Positions 35,791 to 46,898 of a stretch of DNA of 64,000 nt are shown piece after piece. Position 1 is the stretch's first letter. Every line of letters begins with the position of its first letter. This DNA is from Geosiphon pyriformis uo1 (taxonomy: Eukaryota > Fungi > Glomeromycota): assembly GCA_016748015.1 (NCBI GenBank), contig JAAOMT010000201.1, positions 318,224 to 382,223 on the forward strand, in the 5' to 3' direction. The notes under the pieces are model-generated. The model had not been told where the DNA came from and did not search any database. It saw nothing but the letters and a program-made list of their open reading frames with translations. A program made the position numbers and the translations under genes.

Positions 35791-38700
35791 ACGTAGCAGA
35801 TACTATGGTGTGTTGTCCTTAATATGAGATTTTTAATTCCTGAGTTTCCCAATCTAAATTTGCATTGGCCTTGAGAAGCCAATCATTTCTAACAAGAGCT
35901 TGGTATTGGGGTGTATCCATGACTAGGACTTTAATTGGAATAGTGATTCCATCAATGGTGAATGGAAAATTATTAATTTCTCCTACTGGTGTCTTCTTCA
36001 TACCATCTGCCATAACAATAACAGTTTGAGTTGGTCTGTCAATAGTTCGTTGAAGCTGTTATATTAATTGGTAGGTAATAATACTTCCAGCAGATCCACT
36101 GTCTAATATTAAACGAATTGGTTTTCCTTCTACTTTAGCTTCAGTATACATGGCTGTAATAGCTTTTTGTTCATTGACTGCTACATTGCTGAGTAGAGAT
36201 GGTAATTCATTGGCTTCGAATTTGAATAGAAAGATGTCTGAAAAATTGGCATTTTGGGCAATTCTGGCTGGTGGAATAGTGTTGTTGGAAGGATTTTGTC
36301 TTGGTGCTGTAGCTTCACCTTCAAAAAGTGCAGTTTGCTGAAAATTTGATTTCTTTGGTATTGTAAGATAACTGGGTTGAGTGTGATAGTGTGTGGGCCT
36401 TTGTTGATTCAGATTTTGAGTGGTTAATTGGTTGTTGGAATTAAATCTGTTGTTGTTTGTTGAAAAACGGTTTTGTGATGTAAATTGATTATGTTGAATC
36501 AATCTTCTGGCTGGCACTTAATATTGTGGTGTGGATGGTTGTTGATACTGTTGTTGGATTGATTGTGGAGCAGGTTGATAATAGTGGTTTGAATATTGTG
36601 GCCTTGGTAAATATTGAGCTGGTGGTGGATAATATGATTGTTGTGGTTGGAAATAATGTTGATTATTCCTCTGTTGTTGGTCTCATTGCAATTTTCTACA
36701 ATCGTGTTTTCAGTATCCTGGGATTCCACAATAATGACAATTTTAGATTTGGTTGTTGGATAGTGGTCCGAAGTTGTTTTGATTGCGTTGTTGTGGAGGT
36801 TGGTATCTTTGTGATTGTTGTGATTGCTGCAGCTGCTGTTGTTGCTGTTAGTTGGTAAAGTACTTTTCAACTTTCTTGGTTAATTGGTCAATCTTTTCTT
36901 CAGCCACTGAGCTGGTTTTTCCAATAGTCAGGTTAACAAGTTTGGTATGATTGGCTTCTTTCATGGCCATTTCATAGTTTTTCACCTGTTGAATAGCAGT
37001 GGCTAAATCTTCTGGTGCATGTGGGCAAACTTTCTTGATAAGTTTGTCTTTTAGTCCAGCAATAAATTGATCCAAGATTTGTGCATTGGAGTAGTATTTA
37101 TTGGTTTCTAATTGGTGAATCCTTCTAAGCAGTTTGTTGAATTTTCTAAGATAGGTCATAACTAATTTACTTGGTTCTTGCTTGATATTTCAGAACCAAT
37201 TTCAAAGGATAATAGAAGTGTTATTGTCAGTAAACTGTTCTAGGAAAGCAGTTTTGAATGCTTCCCAGTTTTCTGGTGGGGCTTCTAAGTTTTCAAACTA
37301 TTCACCAGCCATTCCTTATAAGAAGTATAAAATTGCTTTTAACATTCTGGCAGTGTTCCAACCATTTGCATCTTCTGCTTTTGAGACTTTGTCAAGCCAT
37401 TCTTGAGGACTGGTTTTGCTGTTTTCTCCTGTGAACTCAGAGATTTTTGCAATATATGTGAAGGCCATTTCTTTTTTGTTTTCTAAGTCTTCTGTTTCTT
37501 GTTCTGATTTGGTCTTTTCACTTTGATTTTCTGCTAAGTAGTCAATAAGATTTGTGCTGGTTGATATTGGTTCTTGTTGTTGAATAGGGCTTTTGGGTAA
37601 CTGAAAATCTTCTATTCTTGAAAACCGAATAAGTGGTGAGCTTGGTATTTGCAGTTGAGCAAGTAAAGCTAGAAATGGTGTAATTAAGAGTGGTAATTTA
37701 AAGCTGGTTCCTTGTTTTGGAGTTTGTAAATGTTTGGCAGTGGTTTTTGGTGTATTGGAAGTAGTTCTAAGTTTTTGTTTCTTTTTTTTTTTTTCTTCTT
37801 CTGTTTCCGATTCAAAACTAAGAAAAAATTTCTGTTTTACTGGATAATTCTTTTCACAATACTAAATGATATTGAAGTTGAATTCTTGAAAATATGTTTC
37901 AAGTATTTGACTGTTAAAATCCTGAGTGTTTAGACGAGAGTAATGTACTAAGCTCTCATATAAGTTGTGTCTAACTTCTAAAATGTTGTAGTCTCCAAGA
38001 AAATAATTATTAATGCAATTTTCAATGTACTGGTAAAGTGTTTTCTTGAATGTTTTAATTCCGTCTGAGATGTTAAATCTCTGCTTGCAGTGGGTGTAGA
38101 TTGACTGATAATACTCTAAAGTTATTGAATCTGTTTGAGTCACCACTTTGAAGTTGTTGTCATTGTGTTATTTCCGTGAGAGAGCACCAAATATTACCAA
38201 AGATTTTTGGTCTCTTTTCTTAATGGTTGTTAATGCCTGTTTGCTGTGAATTCATGTTTTCTGGATGTGGTTGAACCTCCAGTAACTGAATTTATCTTCA
38301 AATTATCTCTTATAATTTGAACTACTAGGCTTATAAGTGGAATGGCCAATTCTTTGCCAGTTACTTTATGTAGTTATGTTGTAGTAAATGTCAACTCTTT
38401 TCCAGAAATTGCTCATCTGGAAGCTTACTAAAAATGTGTAGTTACTTTGCTGTGAAAATCAACTCTTCTACAGGAATCTTGTCTGTAGACTACCTTAATA
38501 ATTATAATAAGAAATAAAGGAAATATAAAAGAAATGCAAAAGAAATTGAATTCTGTCAAGAAAAATGTTTTCTATCCAGGCCTAAAGTCACTAACAGTTT
38601 ACTGAAATTGGTAGCTAATCAATTTCAAAATGTTAGTTGGGTTTTGGGAATTTTTTCAGTGCAATAATTAAAGAATTTGGTTTTTCAAATTATTTGATAT

Positions 38701-39180
38701 TTATTTTTTTTTTTGTGTGTGTGTAAGAATGGTTCTACGTGATAAATCTAAAATAAGATATCTAAAGGTAAGGATACATTTTCTCGAAGAAAGAAGCTCT
38801 TCTTTTATACAACTTGTTATAGTACTAGTCTATGAACTTGAACTATTTTTTTTTACTATGGTTTTGACAAACTAAAGATACTTTTCGGCAAACTTACAAG
38901 TTATTTCTATGAACTATTGAATATTTTGGTGAACTGTTAATTATTTCAGCAAATTTCTACAAATTTCAGCAAACTCTTGAATATTAAATGGTTTGGAGTA
39001 TTGTGTAATTTGATTATCCTACTTTCTATAGTACAAATTGGGTTATTAATTAATTGGTAATATTCAATAATTTAATTAAATAATAAGTGATAATTTAAAC
39101 AATAATATATGCTAATTTAATGGTAGAAATTATAAAGATAATATTATGTTAATTAATATCTCAAGTTTCAGTTGGTAACA
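35791..39180 (-). mobile_element. Truncated Ty3/gypsy element D (5' LTR 38192-39180, PBS, gag, protease), a different family, interrupted by C
   Basis: LTR ends in GGTAACA at 39180. PBS TGGTGCTCTCTCACGG near 38174-38189. Gag QILDQFIAGL and a CHYCGIPGH knuckle; protease ILDSGSAGSII. Confidence 0.9.
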
Positions 39181-41244
39181 CCGGTCTGTCTCTTGACTTT
39201 CCCAATAATGTATTTTATAACTCTTCTTTGTATGATTTAAAGACGTTTAAGCAGGTACAGGCTGAAAGCAAAATTGCTTCCATTGTGTGTTTTGCAAACT
39301 CTGTTGGGATTTTGAGTTGTTTGTTTTTGCACAGATCTCATAACTTGCAGGTTTTGTCTTGGAGTCCACTTTACCCTTTGGTTTTCCCAGCTTATATCAA
39401 AGTCAGTGTTTCTAATAATTTTTTGGCAAAGGTGGTGTGTATTTTTTTTGGGTGCAGTCTGTTTTTGAGTAGTTATATGAACAATTTTTTGTTTTTGTAA
39501 TGAGACTTCCATGTTATTTGTTTTTGGCAAGTCTGATTATTTTAAGTTTATTTCGTCCTTTTGGCAATATGATATCACTTTTGTGGAGCAGCTTTGTAGC
39601 AAAGATGGAATCATTTTTAATTGGAAGATCTTCAAGCATTGGAAAAGACTGGACTCATATGGCTTTGTTTCTGATTGGTTTAGGCTTTCTGTCAATTTTC
39701 TCAATAGTACAGCTTCTTCTTTTGTCTGTTCTTCTTTATTGAGAGTTTTTGAACTTTCAAATGTTTTGAAATCTGGTAAATTTAAATTAATTCATGATCA
39801 TTTGCTGGGTCTAGAGATTGATGATCTTTCTGTCTATATGGATGGATCTTTGAAGGGCTTGAAAAGTGTTAACATGAGAGCTGGTGCTGTGGTTTTTTTT
39901 GAGGATATAGGCTTGGGTTTAGAGATCAGGGTTTCTGGTCTAATGTCTTCTACATTAGCTGAACTGTAGGCCATTACATTGGCTTTTAAGTGTATCTTTT
40001 CTCTTAGCTCTATTAACATTTTTATAAACAGTTAGGCTGTGTTGAATGCATACATATTAGAATTAAGTCTAGTTTGTCTGGATTTTCAGAATTGCTGTTG
40101 GGTTGAACATTAGCACATTGTAAACATTATTAGGAAAAAAAATTTGAATGTTAATTGGCACAAAGTGAAAGATTATTCTGAAGTTATGAGTAACAAATGT
40201 GCTAATGCACTTGCTGATGCAGCTTTTTTTTCTTCCTGGTTCTTACTTCCTCATGTAAAGAAACATTGTATTTTAACTAAGAGTAGTGTTATTTCTGGCA
40301 ATTCTAGACATTTTGTTCATGGAGTCTCTCAGTCTATTTATCATGCATGCTGAAAAGTCAGTTCAGGTTCTAGAGTTTTGGATATTAGTCTGTGTTTGGA
40401 CATTAATTGGCTTAGATCATCATTGATGTGGCATCCAAACTTGTACATAGCCACTGGCTTTACTAGTAAATCTACAGTTGGTGCTTGCACATATTTCATA
40501 AAAGCATTACACTATTGGCTATCAATTACTGTTTAGAAGTGCCTATATGATAAATGTTACTCCAGTATGCTGTGTTTATATTGTGATAATGTAGAGATTT
40601 CTGATCATGTCTTTTCTTGTATGGTTAATGATTTTGTTCATCATTAGCTATTGAATGCTCATATGGCTGCTTGGGATGCACTTTCTGGTCTTACCATCTT
40701 CTCTTCAGTTGTTTTTCAAATGTTGATCTTCTGTATTTTAAATGTTATGGTTTGTAAGACTATTTGTAAAGGCTTTGTTTTTAAGAAATGGTTTTGGGAA
40801 GCTGTATCTGTCTTCGGGAATTCTAAAGTAGCTAGTTGAAAGATTGTAAAGTTTGTGTATAACTTCTGTCTTGCTTTTAGAGACAAGATTTGGTTGGTTT
40901 GCACTAAGCATTATGCTTTTATAGAAAAGAATGGGTTGATATCATGTGATGGTTTAGCTTTGATATTAGTTTTTGGGCTGTTCATAGTACTTTTTGTGGG
41001 AGTAATTAAATTGCTGGGTGTTGCTGAGGCTTTTGGTATTGGTATTGGTTTTTGTAGATTTGGTTTATTTTTTTTAAGTATTGGAGACTTGGTTTTGGTG
41101 TATATAGGTGCATAGTGTTGTTTTAATTGGCCTAAGTGGCTGGTCATATGTAAAAGTACATAATTTATGCCTAGTTTAGATCAGTTAGTTGATGTATTGT
41201 ACTAAGTAGTATTTGGATTTCACCCATAAAACATAAAAAAAAAA
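39181..41244 (+). mobile_element. LINE-3, 3' part (end of RT, RNase H, 3' UTR, polyA); target of element D
   Basis: YDLKTFKQVQAESK and VYMDGS..LAEL motifs. 3' UTR like the other copies; A-tail near 41235. Confidence 0.9.
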
Positions 41245-42350
41245 TATATATTAAAGCATAAATAATAAAAATATTATTTTAATAATAATTTAAAAAATTT
41301 AATATAAAAATAATTAATTGTAAAACAATTTTATTAATTAATAATGTATTAAGTTATATTGACAATTTAAATTTTTATAATACAATTATTTACTTTTTTT
41401 TGTATTTAATTATAAATTTTAATATTATTATGTTTTTAAATGTTATTATTACAACTATTTTATAAAATAGCTGCTTTGAAAATATAAATTAAAAATAACA
41501 AAATAAATATTTTATTACTATATAATTTATTATAAACAATAATATGTAATTTTTTTAATATATAAATTTTTTTAAGACTTGTTAACTTTAATAATTATAA
41601 TAATATTAATAATTATAATAATATTAATAATAATAATAATAATAACAATAGTTTTAATAATAATAACAATATAATTAATTTAATAAAAGAAATATAAACA
41701 AATATTAAAACACTTAATTTGTAAAATATAATAAATATTAGTAAATACATTAATTATTTAACAGAAAAAACACAAATAAACTATTTATTAATCAAAAAAT
41801 TATAAATTTAATAATTGAAAAAAATATTAATAAAGAAAAATAAAATAATAACAATAAAAAAAGAAAGATAATAACATAAAATATTATAAGCTCATTTACA
41901 AAAAAATATAAAATACTTTAAAATTAACAACACAATATTTTACATAACAATATTATCAAGTTAATATATAATAAAATATTATTAGAAAATAAAAAACTTC
42001 AAAATGTAAAAAATAAATTATGTTAATATATAATTAAATTTAATAATTTTTTTTAATATTTAATACAAAGTTACCTAAGATTTGATTAAAATAATAAGCA
42101 AATTATTAAAATATTTAAATCAAATATTATTTATATTAATATGTATAATAGAATTTTTTTATTTTAAAATAGTAATTTTTATTATTCAAAATTTCTATTT
42201 CAATTAAAAAATTATTAATTATTTAGATTTATGGTAATCATTAAATATTATACCTTAGTTTTTAATTGAAAAAATAAAAATTATTTTATTAAAAAATGAT
42301 TTTTAAACATTTTTATTTTCGACAATCTTTTCACAATTTTTCTAGCCTTT
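41245..42350. other. Extremely AT-rich low-complexity spacer
   Basis: Very few G/C bases, (AAT)n runs, no ORFs. Confidence 0.8.
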
Positions 42351-42772
42351 TAAAAGGTATTATACACAATCACTGTAAGTATACAACCTTCGTTTATAAG
42401 AATTACTAGACAATATTTAATGACTTGGGTTATGCACTTTTTGATTTGCTATATACATATTCCCAAATGACTTTGAGTATTAAATTATTTAGTTAAATCC
42501 TACTATACATCCAAAACGCATTACTAAATTAGGAAATTCACACGATTGATCTTTAAATTTTGAATCTCATCTAGATATCTGTGGGGCGCCCTGAAATTCA
42601 AATGAAAAATGAAATTAAAATGTTTATAAAAAATAGTAAGGTATTTTAGAGACCATTGATATAAAGGCCAAGTAATCTCGGTCTCTTCACTATAGCTCTG
42701 ATTTCAATCGCAAAATGTATTTGCAATATAGATATTGGTCATGAATTTCACATTATTTACCATGTTTCATTC

Positions 42773-43596
42773 CTAAACTGGAAGCTTAGATCCTGCTATT
42801 CTATCAAGGCCCTAGGTGAATTTTTTTTGTTAGATCATTAATAAAGAAGAAAAAAGTCGATGATATCTTACATATGAAATTACGGGTGTGTTTAATAGAT
42901 TTCCAATGAGTGGTAACCGCCGCATAAAGGTTATTACAGTTGGGAAAAAATCACTGTTTTGATTTATATACAGAGCCGATCCAAACCAAAGAATAAAAAA
43001 ATCGGAATTCAGCATTAGCTCTTATTCATCAAAGGAATCAAAACAAAGTGTAAAACTTAATTTACCCAAACAAATTTAAAAATCCAAATAACTCAATTAT
43101 CATTCCAATAATAGGCCGCTTGATGAAAACCAAAAGAATCCCAACAAAGAAACACAAAGTTCCTCGTATCTTTTTTTTTCGTGCAAAAAAGCTAGCTGTC
43201 TGTGCAAACCCAACTATACAAGTCAACCCGCTTAAAAAAAGAATCTGTTCGGCAAATTGATTAATGAACATTATTTAGAATCATGCCAGAGCGCGTTAAT
43301 AAAATATTGCAACATTTGACCATTGAAACAACCGGTTGAAAATCTAATCTAAACTTACGTTTCCTATTGCTATCAAGCCTCCGTCAAAAAGTAATATAAC
43401 GCCCAAAAACATGAAAAAAACGCCAAAAGCCGTCAGCACGACACCGATTTCTGCAACGAAACAATACCAAATTCATAAAGCAAGAGGAAAAAGCTAGTTT
43501 TTATGCCTCAACCAAAGCTGGAGGTCAATTTTGACAGGGAACAACGGCAAAGCCTAAAGCAATACGAAACTCACTCTGTGTATCAGAAAGCCACAT
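42773..43596 (-). CDS. GOT1: Got1/GOLT1 family Golgi vesicle transport protein, 5 exons (43596-43575, 43450-43359, 43244-43066, 42953-42872, 42811-42773)
   Basis: Spliced product MWLSDTQKIGVVLTAFG...LIAIGNILFLSGL...ELFGFLNLFGDFFP...GSKLPV*, with canonical GT-AG introns. Confidence 0.92.
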
Positions 43597-43877
43597 ATCT
43601 TTAATATTGTTTTTTTTTTAAAAAAAAGTATTTTTTCTGCAAGTAAGAAGTTCGCGTGTATTTTAAGGAAGGAAGGTGATGTTGTCTAATTTATTTCGAA
43701 TCAAAGATTCATTTGTCGATAATAGGTCAACCACAACGTGGATGAGGGAAATTGGTAGAAGACCCAAAAGTCGCTGATCGACACGTGGGGGACAAATGAT
43801 ATAATGATCCTCTCATCAAACATTACACTTACCTTTTCAATTGTCAAAGGAAAAACACTTTTCGTCATTTCTTAGTA

Positions 43878-44792
43878 ATGTCTTCATTGTTTTCCAAGTT
43901 TTTTTATGGTAGTTCCCAAATTGTGTCTACGCTAAACGATATAGATAACATTAATGGGGTCAATACGTCTGAGCCTAGCAAAGTCCATTCTAAAACAGAC
44001 ATTACAGCGACATCAGCAGAAGATAAAAGAGACGTTTTACAATTGCGTTTACCTGCTCCTCAAGTCCCGAGAATGACAATATCAGATACACAGGGTTTGT
44101 TCGCTTTTTTCCCTTTTCTTTTTTTTCACATCGAAAATACGCCTCTTATTTAGTTTTCTTTAAAGAACAAGATATACCAGGGGAATTCCCATCAGTCAAT
44201 GGACCTCAACGAGTAAAAAAAATAGTTTCTTCTTCATCAGCCCTTACATCAACTTCTACAAAAGCTACGCCTCTTCAGAAGGCAAATAAAATGCGTCAAA
44301 AAGTTACTTTACAACCTGGTCACTCTCCGCGAGATTGGGGAAATCTAAAGAACAGTGGTGCAGATCTTAGGGTGAATTTATGATTTCATTTTTAATTAAT
44401 TTTAGATGAAAATATTAATTACGAAATTAAAAAACAATAAAGGGAGTTTGCGACTTTAGAAAGTATACTTTAGAAGAATTGAGACAGCATAAAACAGAGA
44501 ATGACGCGTGGACCGCTTTAAACGGGACAATATATAATATAACTCCGTATCTCAAATTTCATCCTGGAGGCGAGAAAGAATTGATGCGGTGTGCTGGCCG
44601 AGACGGGACAAAATTATTCAGTGAGTGGGAATTTTGGTACTAGTGATTTGAATTGCATTTATTAATTTAATTACGTCTTATTTCAAAGTGGCAACGCATG
44701 GATGGGTGAATTATGATATTATGCTAGATAAATGTGCTGTAGGAATTCTAATTAGCGACACAAGTACGAGTCGATCACTGCTCAATGTTTAA
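43878..44792 (+). CDS. Cytochrome b5-like heme-binding domain protein (Irc21 / cytochrome b5 reductase 4 N-terminal type), 4 exons
   Basis: KVTLQPGHSPRDW, YTLEELRQHK..DAWTALNGTIYNITPYLKFHPGGEKELMRCAGRDGT and HGWVNY. Introns near 44095, 44372 and 44622. Confidence 0.88.
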
Positions 44793-45010
44793 TAAATAAA
44801 AATTAAGGAACTAGTGAAGTTTTGCCAGTGACGAATAAGAAATACAAAATCGAGCAATATCGGAAAGGTAACTATGATTTTTCAAGGTTTACACTGGGAT
44901 GGTTTCGCTAGCTTGATGAACTACCATAACTCATATTCTTTAAACTAAAATACCAGGATGTTTAAATTATTATTAGATATACTTGGAGCATGTTCAATTG
45001 CGAAATTTAT

Positions 45011-45468
45011 TCAACGTAGCTTTCCCTGCTGTTTCAACTCTTTTTTTTCTTCGTCACTTAGAGTCCAAAATTCCCTCTTTTTTTGGTCGACCCATCTTCT
45101 TATCTGTAAACGAAATTATAATTTAAATTTATGTAATATTCTTTTTCAACTAATATAATTCCTTACCCCTGAGAAGCAATGCTCTTCGGGACCAAAATCT
45201 ATGTATAGTATGGAATACACGGCGATCGCTGGGAAGAAAGAAATTGGAAATCCAATGTTGGATTAACGAAGCTATTACTGCTGTTGGCATAACTATATTT
45301 GCAATTTTTACCAAAGGAGAGTGCATAAACCCCAGCGTTGTAACGTTTGATGAAGGGTGATTGAACTCGTTTACTTTCTATATTTTCTACTCTTCGACGG
45401 TATTTTTCTATCTGTGCTTGACGTTTTATTTCTTTGGAGGCTGCTGGTAGCTCTGAATCATATTTCAT
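45011..45468 (-). CDS. Small (103 aa) predicted single-pass membrane protein of unknown function, 3 exons (45468-45312, 45228-45167, 45103-45011)
   Basis: Clean GT-AG splicing gives ...YNAGVYALSFAIAVYSILYIDFGPEEHCFSGIRRWVDQKKREFWTLS...*. Confidence 0.75.
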
Positions 45469-45648
45469 TTTGTATTTTGTATTGTAAAATAGCAGGCGTT
45501 GGTTTTCAAGTAATTCTATTTATTACTTCTGAGTGACGTTTAATTGGTCATAAATTTTTGATTCTCGGAAATTAATTTTTAGCCCATTTTTCAATCAGAT
45601 ATAGCGTAGATTATCCGAAGGCTATTTAGATTAATTTATCCCAAAAAT

Positions 45649-46539
45649 ATGAGTGATCCTCAAGAAGATTGGCTTCTCTGGCAACTCGCCGACTCTGCAC
45701 TTCCTACTGGCGGGTTTGTCGCTTCCTCTGGCTTAGAATCAGCTGTACACTCCGGTTATGTTTCTGACGTTGCCTCACTTTCGCTATTCACATCCTCGAG
45801 TATAACGAATTATGCTCATTCTTCATTGCCATTTATGACTGATTCCTGGAAACTTGGAGCAGCTTTCATACGTTACGAGGTGGATCTTGACGGCGAAAGA
45901 ATGCTTACAGATCTTTTGAAGCTTGATGCGTTATGTGATGCGTGTACAACCAATATAGTCTCTAAACGGGCTTCTAAGGCGCAAGGAGTTGCTATGTTGA
46001 CCTTGTTCAGCAAGTCTTTTCCTTTCAAGCTTTCAAAAGGGAAAGAAATGAAGGGACAAAAAATCAACCTCACCATTGAGAAATTTAAGTCTGAGATACG
46101 ACATGGATTTTCATATGGGCATTTGTCTGTTTGTTTTGGCATCGTCACTAGTTTTCTTGAATTAAGTTTAGGTAAGTTGGAATATAAGAAGTGCGTGGAT
46201 TCTAGGTTTTGTCATTGGTAGCATATTTGATCAAACGCGAAACAGTTTTGATTTGATAAATCGTTTTTGAATAAACTTTTAAGTATTTTCACCTTAGAAC
46301 GTGCTCAGCATCTATTTCTTTTTCTCTTCAGCCGAAGTATTTTGTCTGCCGCCGTACGCTTGAATATCATCGGTCCGTACTACTCCCAAAGAATGTTAAG
46401 TCAGAGTCGTATAGATGTTAAAGAAGCATTGGCTGAGACTCGTCATCTCGATACTGAAAATGCTATGCAAACATCGCCTTTATTGGATATTTTGCAAGGC
46501 AGACATGATAAATTATATTCGAGATTATTTAATAGTTAG
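45649..46539 (+). CDS. ureF: Urease accessory protein UreF, 2 exons (intron 46172-46297)
   Basis: WQLADSALPTGGFVASSGLE, SAAVRLNIIGP and C-terminal HDKLYSRLFNS are UreF signatures. Confidence 0.96.
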
Positions 46540-46898
46540 GTAAGTGAGGATGGATGAAAAATAAAATAGCTTTCATTATCATATTCAGTCTTGAAGAGGC
46601 CAGATAATTTCTATGGATTAATCCTCGCGTTTTTTACATCACAAATATTTTTTCGCAGCGAAACGAAAATCGCCAGAACAAACTCGTAATTCCTGATAAA
46701 TATGGGGGATTTATTATGAGATTCTTTTTAAAATAATTTTGAACAAATTGCAATTTCCCGAAATATTCTAAAACTTTTACCCACTGCTGAAGAACCGAGC
46801 CCTTATGTTAGAATTCATTCGGTCATTTTTAAGTTCGGGAAATTTGAAATGCTTATGATTCAAAAATAGTAATGAAAAATTTCCCAACCATATTTACA

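Noticed and set aside
127-41147. Numerous short antisense ORFs in the supplied track
   Set aside because: They are shadows of TE coding frames, with no motifs and no conservation between copies.
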